Assembly: GCA_025059235.1 (NCBI GenBank)
Contig: JANXCV010000001.1
Location: forward strand, 207,204-271,203
Direction of reading: 5' to 3'
DNA from: Candidatus Calescibacterium sp.
Lineage (GTDB): Bacteria > DRYD01
Length of the DNA stretch: 64,000 nucleotides
Below the pieces are notes generated by a model. The model saw nothing but the letters and a program-made list of their open reading frames with translations. It was not told the origin of the DNA and ran no database searches. The translations under genes were made by a program, and so were the position numbers. Numbering within the stretch: the first letter of the stretch is position 1; every line of letters begins with the position of its first letter. Positions 56,882 through 64,000 of the stretch are shown in pieces.

Positions 56882-58146
56882 GAGCGATACTAGAAATAAA
56901 GCATGATAATAGCATAGAGATAATTTACTCTAAAGGTGGAATTATAAGGAGCTCTAAATATTCCTCTTTTTTGGACTTAGATGCTTCTGAAGTAGGAAAT
57001 AAAGAGGTAATAGTTGTTATTCCTGATAGTTTTCTAATAACAAAAAATCTAGTAATTCCCTGGGATATAAAGAGTATATTGGCTTTAAAGTCATATCTGG
57101 TTAAATCGCTGCCTGTCAAACCAAATGATCTATATAATGATTATCTTATTATCGGTAATAAGGTTTATTTTGTTGGTGTAAGAAAGGAATTACTTTCAGA
57201 CTGTATGAAACTTTTGAAAAGGTTAAAAGCAAAATTAAGAGCGGTTATTCCTAAGAGTTATGTCCTTAAGATTGCATGTAATCTGAGTCATCCTAAATAT
57301 GTGGGAATCAATTTTGATGAGAGTTATACTTCTATTTTTTCGTTTGAGGGTAATGGATATTTCTTTTTTGTTGTTTTACCGTATGGGTTTGCTAGTTTTT
57401 TGGACGTCAGTGATGAAATTCAGTTAACCAAATTTATAAATGAGGTATATAGGTTGGTATCTTCTTTTCAGAATCAGACAAAGATAAGCATAGAAGAGTT
57501 TTTCTTGATCGTAAACAAGGAGTATTCTAGGTTACCTGTTTTGAGCTACTTATCGAAGACTTTTCTGGGTATGAATATTATAACGATGGATGATGGAAAG
57601 TATTGGGATGTATATTCAAAAATCTTAGAACTTAGAGGATCCTTACCCGTTAACTTATCTATCGATAAAATTTCACATAGTTCAAATAAAGAGGAGTTTT
57701 TAAGACGGTTGGAAAATTCTTTAACTTTCGTAATTATGGGACTGATGGTATTTTTAGTAATAACTTTCATTACTGGTGGAAATTCTGTAAAGAGGCAAAG
57801 AATTATCCTAGAAGCAGTTAAAAATAACTATAACTCTCAATTGAGTTTATTATCTTCCAGTTATATACAACATTCGAATGTAATAGAGAATAAGAGCTTT
57901 TATGCTTATGAAGCTCTGGAAAATCTAAATAGGATGTCTGCTATAGAAGTATATCTTGAGAACTTTTATGTAAAGGATGGGAATTTTTATCTAACGGTAG
58001 TCAGTAAACGTTATTCAGAAATCGTAGCTTTAGTAGATGGTCTTAGAAGTAGTGGGATCAATGCTTCTATAGAGGGAAACGTAAAGTTTAGCGTTTTGGA
58101 CTTGTATGAACTTAATAGAGCTCAAATAAGGATAGAACCGAAGTGA
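56878..58146 (+). CDS. PilM-PilN-like (GspL-like) fusion: cytoplasmic actin-like domain, one TM, periplasmic domain
   Basis: VVIPDSFLITKNLVIP, LKSYLVKSLPVKPNDLYNDYLIIG, VYFVGVRKELLSDCMKLLKRLKAKLRAVIPKSYVL and VGINFDESYTSIFSF follow the PilM block order. TM LTFVIMGLMVFLVITFITGG sits at ~aa 285, followed by a ~115-aa domain. By-eye call. Confidence 0.5.
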   Translation: MRAILEIKHDNSIEIIYSKGGIIRSSKYSSFLDLDASEVGNKEVIVVIPDSFLITKNLVIPWDIKSILALKSYLVKSLPVKPNDLYNDYLIIGNKVYFVGVRKELLSDCMKLLKRLKAKLRAVIPKSYVLKIACNLSHPKYVGINFDESYTSIFSFEGNGYFFFVVLPYGFASFLDVSDEIQLTKFINEVYRLVSSFQNQTKISIEEFFLIVNKEYSRLPVLSYLSKTFLGMNIITMDDGKYWDVYSKILELRGSLPVNLSIDKISHSSNKEEFLRRLENSLTFVIMGLMVFLVITFITGGNSVKRQRIILEAVKNNYNSQLSLLSSSYIQHSNVIENKSFYAYEALENLNRMSAIEVYLENFYVKDGNFYLTVVSKRYSEIVALVDGLRSSGINASIEGNVKFSVLDLYELNRAQIRIEPK

Positions 58147-58988
58147 CAACAGTAAAAATTATTCTAATTTTTATCTTGGTCATGGCTATTTTCTTGGTAA
58201 GGAAAAATTATAAAAATCAAGAAGACGCGATTGTAAAGGAAAAAGAGAAATACAACAACTACATAGTTGTTTTGAACTCTATATATTCAAAGGACAAACA
58301 ACAAAAAGTTAATCCAGAGTTATTGAAGCAAGAGTTAAACAATCTTTTGAATCATATGGAAAATAGAGGCATAGTTATAGTCGATGAGATATATGAAACT
58401 TCTAGTAGTAGAACTAGTTTAATATTTAGGATAAAGAAAGAATATTTTCTTAATTTCTTAGAATATCTGTACGATAACACTGGATCATATAATGTTGATA
58501 GTTTTTCTCTGATTTCTACTAGCAATGAGTATATAAAATTATCGATGGTGATTGATTACTTGTATTCTTTGCCTTTTAGTGAATGGAGTCAGTACTTTTT
58601 TGATTCCCGAGGTTTAAAGTATAGATTTTGGCAGGAAGAACTGAAAAATTATGAACAAAAGAGGAAGATAAGAGAACAGAGACAAAGAACAGAAAAAGAG
58701 ATGGAAAAAACTTCTCCGTATTTGGCTGGAAAAGATAAAGATGAACAGAATATTCTCGAGTCTGCAAAGATATCAGAATTTAACTTGGATATCAAGTACA
58801 AAGGATATATAATGATTTCAAGTAAAAGATTCGGAATAATTGAATACAACAATAATGAAATTTTCTGTGAAGAAGGAAAAAATTATGATATAGAGGGCTT
58901 TGCCGTAAAAATACTAGAAATCAATGAGAAGTATATTGCTATTGGAGTTGATGGCAAGGTATACTTTTATAAGGTAGAAATGTTATGA
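58143..58988 (+). CDS. Bitopic protein, PilO/GspM-like with a PilP-like C-terminal beta domain
   Basis: N-terminal TM VKIILIFILVMAIFLV, a coiled segment, then a ferredoxin-like region. The C-terminus YKGYIMISSKRFGIIEYNNNEIFCEEGKNYDIEGFAVKILEINEKYIAIGVDGKVYF resembles the PilP/GspC-HR pattern. Weak by-eye call. Confidence 0.4.
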   Translation: MTTVKIILIFILVMAIFLVRKNYKNQEDAIVKEKEKYNNYIVVLNSIYSKDKQQKVNPELLKQELNNLLNHMENRGIVIVDEIYETSSSRTSLIFRIKKEYFLNFLEYLYDNTGSYNVDSFSLISTSNEYIKLSMVIDYLYSLPFSEWSQYFFDSRGLKYRFWQEELKNYEQKRKIREQRQRTEKEMEKTSPYLAGKDKDEQNILESAKISEFNLDIKYKGYIMISSKRFGIIEYNNNEIFCEEGKNYDIEGFAVKILEINEKYIAIGVDGKVYFYKVEML

Positions 58989-61402
58989 AATATGTAATTT
59001 TTCACTTACATTTCTATCAGCCTCCGAGAATGAATCCTTTTGTGAACGAAATAGAGTTTCAAAGTAGTGCTTATCCTTATGATAATTGGAATGAAAGGAT
59101 AGCGAGGGAGTGTTATATTCCTAATGTTTATGCCAGGATTTTTGATTCCAGTGGTTACATACTAAATATTATCAACAACTTAGATTATGTCAGTTTTAAT
59201 TTCGGACCAACATTAATAAACTGGATAAAAAAATACTGTCATGATCTATACTGCAAAATAATTGAAGCCGATAGGAATAGTATAAATAGATTAGGGTGTG
59301 GTAATGCTATTGCACAAGTTTACAACCATGTGATTATGCCTCTTGTTAACAGAATAGACAAGGAGAATCAGGTCTATTGGGCTATACAAGATTTTCGTTA
59401 TCATTTTGGGAGAGATCCTATGGGTATGTGGCTTTCTGAAACTGCTGTGGATATCGAAACCCTTGAAGTACTTGCTTTACATGGAATACGTTTTACTATT
59501 CTTGCTCCACATCAGATAAAAACGTTTAGAAGAATAGGTGATTCTGAATGGATAGAAAATAATGGAAATCTTCCTAACAAACCATTTTTAATCAACCTAC
59601 CATCGGGAAGAAAAATTGTAGTATTTGTGTATAACTCGATGATTTCTCATGCTGTTTCTTTTCAGGATTTACTCAGTAGTGGTGAAAGACTATCAAAGAC
59701 AATTCTGGGTGAGTTTAAAGATGACAACGATGTTATTGTTATTGCCTCGGATGGAGAAACTTACGGACATCATAAAAAATTTGGAGAGCTGGGGTTAGCG
59801 TATTGTATATATACTTTGCTTTCAAACCCATCAACAAAAGTATGTAATTTTGAATACTATATCAAAAATGTTGATATTCTGTATGAAGCTATGATAAACG
59901 AGAATACTTCATGGAGTTGCTTTCATGGTATAGGAAGGTGGAAAGAGAACTGTGGTTGTAAGTTCGATATGAATACTTCTCAAGAATGGAGAAGAAACCT
60001 TAAGATAGCAGTTGATGGTATAAGAAATGTTTTTGAGGAAATATACGTTAACACTATTAATGAAATTGGTATTAGTGACCTAAGAAGAGAATATATCAAC
60101 TACATAATAAAAAGGGATAATCATATAGATTCTGTTGATGATTTGCAAAAGATTATTTGTGATTTTATGAATGACAATGGAATAGATGATTGTCAGAATG
60201 CGAAAAAGTTAATGAATCTACTGGAGATATATAAGAATATTTTGTTTGCTTATACTAGTTGTGGTTGGTTTTTTGATGATATATCTGGTTTGGAAGCTAC
60301 TCAAAACTTGAAATTTTTGTACTGGGCTGTAACTAAGTTGAAAGAATTTTTTGGAGTAAACCTTGAGCCTATTCTAGAAACTATACTTAAAGATGCCAAA
60401 TCTAACTACTATTATGACGGTTATGCAGTATTTAAGGATTTTGTAAAGATATCGTGTTTGGGAAAGGATAGGATTTTGGCATCCTATATTTTTAGCAAGA
60501 TGTTTTTTGAAACACCTAGCCGCTTTTTGAATTGTTTCTGGCAAATAGAAGATTTACAGAAATACTCCGATGAAAATGTTATTATTTCTACAGGAAGGGC
60601 TAAGTGTACTGATATATCTGATTTTTCTTTTTATAGTAGTAATTTTGTATTTGTATATTTGGGAGGGCTTTCGCTTTATTTTGGGATGGGTGAGTTTGAA
60701 CCTTCAGAGGTATTCGATACTGTTAAGAACTATTCTCAAAATGGTGATTACCCTGAAATTATTAATTTTATTAACAGATGCTCCTTCAAAGTTTTCTCGT
60801 TGAATGATGTTTTTGTAAATTCTCGCCGGAACATAATAAGAAAATTAATTTCTTCTAATGTTGAGCAGATTGATAAGAAAATAGATGAAATATTCTTCGA
60901 ACAAAAAAATATTATTCGTAATCTGATAGATGCTGATTTTTATCCGATTCCTCTAGAGATGAGATTGATAACCTTGTTAATATTGGATAATCAAATAGAT
61001 AGAGCTATAGAGAACTATGATTTAAGGCAAAATTATTACGAAGATATAATGTACTTTGTTACCAATAGAGACAAGCTAGATTTATCACTAGATCAAGAAA
61101 AAATAAAAAATAAATTTGAAACGAGATTAAAAGATATGCTGATAACCTTGAAAAGTTATATAGAGGAAAAGAATATAAAGGCAATCGAATGTCTGGATAA
61201 TATTCATAGTTTTATAGATTTTGGTATGAGGCTAAGGATTAGCTATAATTTGTGGGAGTCTCAAAACATTATGTTTTTGTTATATAGGTACTTTATACAT
61301 AATAAACAGGTTTTTATTGAAAAGTACGGAAAGGACTATCAAGAAATAGAGAGAAAAATTATATCCTTAGCTGATATTCTGAGGATAAGGCTGATTACGT
61401 AA
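58985..61402 (+). CDS. Glycoside hydrolase family 57 protein (long form with helical C-terminal extension)
   Basis: FHLHFYQPPR (GH57 region I), MWLSETAV (WxxExA, nucleophile Glu), IASDGETYGHH (region IV, acid/base Asp), TSCGWFFDD. 805 aa. Confidence 0.85.
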   Translation: MKYVIFHLHFYQPPRMNPFVNEIEFQSSAYPYDNWNERIARECYIPNVYARIFDSSGYILNIINNLDYVSFNFGPTLINWIKKYCHDLYCKIIEADRNSINRLGCGNAIAQVYNHVIMPLVNRIDKENQVYWAIQDFRYHFGRDPMGMWLSETAVDIETLEVLALHGIRFTILAPHQIKTFRRIGDSEWIENNGNLPNKPFLINLPSGRKIVVFVYNSMISHAVSFQDLLSSGERLSKTILGEFKDDNDVIVIASDGETYGHHKKFGELGLAYCIYTLLSNPSTKVCNFEYYIKNVDILYEAMINENTSWSCFHGIGRWKENCGCKFDMNTSQEWRRNLKIAVDGIRNVFEEIYVNTINEIGISDLRREYINYIIKRDNHIDSVDDLQKIICDFMNDNGIDDCQNAKKLMNLLEIYKNILFAYTSCGWFFDDISGLEATQNLKFLYWAVTKLKEFFGVNLEPILETILKDAKSNYYYDGYAVFKDFVKISCLGKDRILASYIFSKMFFETPSRFLNCFWQIEDLQKYSDENVIISTGRAKCTDISDFSFYSSNFVFVYLGGLSLYFGMGEFEPSEVFDTVKNYSQNGDYPEIINFINRCSFKVFSLNDVFVNSRRNIIRKLISSNVEQIDKKIDEIFFEQKNIIRNLIDADFYPIPLEMRLITLLILDNQIDRAIENYDLRQNYYEDIMYFVTNRDKLDLSLDQEKIKNKFETRLKDMLITLKSYIEEKNIKAIECLDNIHSFIDFGMRLRISYNLWESQNIMFLLYRYFIHNKQVFIEKYGKDYQEIERKIISLADILRIRLIT

Positions 61403-61418
61403 AGGAGGTAGAAGAAAG

Positions 61419-64000
61419 ATGGAATTCAATATACCTACGATAGTGATAGGTTTGGGAGGAACAGGACTAAGAACAGTAGTCAATCTCAAAAGGAGAGTGG
61501 GTAGCATAGATAAAGGCTTATTGAAGTTCTTATGTATAGATTCTGATAAGAACGAGGTATTAATTAAAGAGTTGGAGCCGGATGAGTACTTAAATGTCGG
61601 TGTGCCTGGAGTATCTGCTATCATTAGTAACTTAAAGTCTGAGGCTGCTGAGTACATAAGACCTTGGTTTCCCTCAAACCTTAGTTTCAAGGTTGTAGCC
61701 GGCGATGAAGGAGCTAAACAATTTAGACCCATGGGTAGACTCTATCTATTTAAGAATATAGACAAGGTATTTAAAGCAATTGATATGGTAACTAAACAGC
61801 TGAGAGCTAGATTTGCCGAAGTTAGCATATCTTCAAAAACTATCAATGTATACTTAATATCTTCTACTTGTGGTGGTACTGGCAGTGGAATGCTACTTGA
61901 TATGGCTTATATAGTTAGGAAAGTGATAGAGGAAGAGAATGCGGTTCCGGCTCTAATTAAAGGCATACTCTTTCTGCCTACAGCTTTTCATCCTTACCCC
62001 ATATCCGACGAGGCTGAGAAAAAACATATTTTTGCTAACGGCTATGCAACTCTCAAAGAAATAGATTACTATATGAACCCGAACAAGGATACTGAGTATT
62101 ATGTACAATTCAGTCAGACAAGAGTAATCAGGAGTAAAAAGCAACCCTTTGACGTTTGTTATATAGTTGATGATGAAAACGAGGAATTCCCAATTGGTAG
62201 TCTAGAGGATACTATAAATGCTGTAAGCGAATCTCTAGTTATACTATTAACTTCTGGTGTTGGAACAACTATAAAATCTGCGGAAGATAATTTGTTTACT
62301 GTTTTAAGTCAAACACAAAAAATGCAACCTTACTCCGGAAAAAACTATTTATATAGTTCCTTTGGAACGTCTAGTGTTGTATACCCATATGAGTCTGTAA
62401 AAAAATATGTAGCAGGAAAGCTAGTAAAATACATGCAAGATACTCTGAGTAACAAAGAGGTAAAATTAAACCATGTTTTTGATATAATGAGAACATTAAA
62501 AATAGATGAGATAAATTCAGATGATCTTATTAATACTTTCTATTCTTTTAAACCATTCTCTTCAAATGAAGTAAGTGAGAAAATTTATCAGGTAACTAAT
62601 AACAATCTAGCGGTTATTGTAAAGGAAAAGATAGTTAGTGAGCAACTCTCGACTTTACAAGCAATAAGAGAAAAGCTTGAAAAAAGTATAGATGAATTAG
62701 TGAAACAAAAATTCGAAGAATTTAAAAATTTAGTCCAGGAGTATATTTCTAATCCGTATACTGGATTCTTTTGGGTATATAAATTACTTACTGATTCCGA
62801 AAATGGATTCCCATTCTATATCGAGAAAGTGAAAGAAACTCTAAGAAAAGAAATAGAAGAGCACAGTAATCGTATTGCAAAGCTGGATAGAGATGTGAAT
62901 TTCTATTCTAATGCTCTAGTTGAAAAGTCAAATTCTTTACTTTCCAGAATATTTAACAAAAAAGATAGGAAACTTGTTGAAGGATACTCAAGGTCGATAT
63001 CCGAGCTGGGTACACATAGAGTATATCTGACTTTGAAAGAGTACGCATTGGTATTCTATAATAAATTTAGCTTGCAAGTTCAAAGATATGTAACTGATGT
63101 CTTAGAGGGAATAAACAATACTTGGAGAAGATTCTATAACGACTATATCTCAAATTATCTAAAAATAACTTTTGATTCAAAGCCAAGCAGCTGGGGAAAC
63201 AAAATAAACTTTTACGTAGCAAATAGAGACATAATCGACAAAGATATAGAGATCATAGTAGAAAATGATAAAAACAAAATAATTAGTCAGCTTTACAAGA
63301 TTTTTGATAATTTTCTAAATCTCAGATATGATAAATTTAAAAGTTATGAGGAAGCTTTACTTAACTTTATTGAGGAAAACTACAAGGATAACCTTTACAT
63401 GGATATAGAGGATCAGGTAGTAAGTATATTTGGTAGTGAAGAGGAGGTGATAAAGAAACTACTAACATCTTCCTCAGTCCTGTATAGATATAACCCTCAG
63501 GGATTTTATGATTCGTATGTCAAGTACTATAAAGTACTGGGGGTTAAAAATATAAACAATAGTAGGTTCTATAATGTCGCTAAGGTTCAAAATATTGAGG
63601 TTATAGAAAATTATAATCCTTTCAGAATATCAATGTTACAAATCAAGCATGGATTACCTTTGTATGCTTTTGTGTTGCTTGAAATCATGGAGAGTGCTTA
63701 TATGGAATTAGTAAACTCCGATCCCGGACTTCATATAGATCCATCGTATCGAGATATTGAAAACTTATCAGTTGATTATGATATTTCTGATGAAGAGATC
63801 CAAAAATATCTATATATCTACTTAGGATTAATTTTTGAGGTTATAAGAAAAGAGGGAATGAATTTTGTAGTTTACCTGGATAGTATAAAGATTGACTTGG
63901 GATCAGACAGACAAGAAGCTATTAACAATGCATTAAAGAAATTCAACGATGTTAAATTCTCCTCTAAATTTTCTGAAACTATAGAAGGTTTGATTAGATC
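61419..64000 (+). CDS. Giant tubulin/FtsZ-superfamily GTPase-like protein (partial; continues beyond the window end)
   Basis: Absent from the ORF track because no stop occurs in the window. My translation from ATG 61419 (AAAGGAGG at 61401-61408) is open through 64000 (860 codons). N-terminal TIVIGLGGTGLRTV (61449-61466 encodes GLGGTG). About 150 aa later, VYLISSTCGGTGSGMLLDMAYIV (GGTGSG at 61872-61889) matches the tubulin/FtsZ signature GGGTG[ST]G. The rest is long and helical or coiled-coil-like. Confidence 0.75.
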   Translation, partial: MEFNIPTIVIGLGGTGLRTVVNLKRRVGSIDKGLLKFLCIDSDKNEVLIKELEPDEYLNVGVPGVSAIISNLKSEAAEYIRPWFPSNLSFKVVAGDEGAKQFRPMGRLYLFKNIDKVFKAIDMVTKQLRARFAEVSISSKTINVYLISSTCGGTGSGMLLDMAYIVRKVIEEENAVPALIKGILFLPTAFHPYPISDEAEKKHIFANGYATLKEIDYYMNPNKDTEYYVQFSQTRVIRSKKQPFDVCYIVDDENEEFPIGSLEDTINAVSESLVILLTSGVGTTIKSAEDNLFTVLSQTQKMQPYSGKNYLYSSFGTSSVVYPYESVKKYVAGKLVKYMQDTLSNKEVKLNHVFDIMRTLKIDEINSDDLINTFYSFKPFSSNEVSEKIYQVTNNNLAVIVKEKIVSEQLSTLQAIREKLEKSIDELVKQKFEEFKNLVQEYISNPYTGFFWVYKLLTDSENGFPFYIEKVKETLRKEIEEHSNRIAKLDRDVNFYSNALVEKSNSLLSRIFNKKDRKLVEGYSRSISELGTHRVYLTLKEYALVFYNKFSLQVQRYVTDVLEGINNTWRRFYNDYISNYLKITFDSKPSSWGNKINFYVANRDIIDKDIEIIVENDKNKIISQLYKIFDNFLNLRYDKFKSYEEALLNFIEENYKDNLYMDIEDQVVSIFGSEEEVIKKLLTSSSVLYRYNPQGFYDSYVKYYKVLGVKNINNSRFYNVAKVQNIEVIENYNPFRISMLQIKHGLPLYAFVLLEIMESAYMELVNSDPGLHIDPSYRDIENLSVDYDISDEEIQKYLYIYLGLIFEVIRKEGMNFVVYLDSIKIDLGSDRQEAINNALKKFNDVKFSSKFSETIEGLIR

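Overview
AT-rich chromosomal segment (roughly one-third G+C by eye, not computed). The proteins are rich in K, E, I and N. The organism cannot be named from this window. It looks diderm (LpxB-related enzyme, MlaE, autotransporter-like beta-barrel protein), flagellated, and equipped with type IV pilus / T2SS-like machinery. I support about 57 features: 3 tRNA genes (Ser-UGA, Gly-UCC, Arg-UCU), about 50 CDS, 2 decayed genes and 2 small repeats. I saw no CRISPR array, transposase, integrase, rRNA or prophage signature. Most of the window is housekeeping: aconitase, acetyl-CoA synthetase, CysRS, MurD, SSB, L19, Dtd, PncA, AccD, a topoisomerase A subunit and SbcC. Two long ORFs are missing from the supplied track because they run off the window edges: an M14 carboxypeptidase (1-883, minus strand) and a tubulin/FtsZ-superfamily protein of more than 860 aa (61419-64000, plus strand). 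The best candidate for an undescribed system is the tightly stacked gene string at 53.6-64.0 kb. In order it holds an orphan KamE-like B12-binding protein, a secreted repeat protein, a PqqD/RRE-like domain fused to a Memo-family enzyme, a PilM-PilN-like fusion, a PilO/PilP-like protein, a GH57 glycoside hydrolase, and the giant tubulin-like GTPase. Other notable items are a 1018-aa protein with a prepilin-type N-terminus and BNR/Asp-box repeats, a Ser/Thr kinase with receptor-like topology, a glycine-zipper protein behind a minor-pilin operon, and a split FlgJ arrangement. There are also clear signs of gene decay and operon scrambling: mgtE is frameshifted, an accC relic remains, and several complex subunits lack their usual partners. 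All functional calls come from motif-level reading of the translations. No database search was run.
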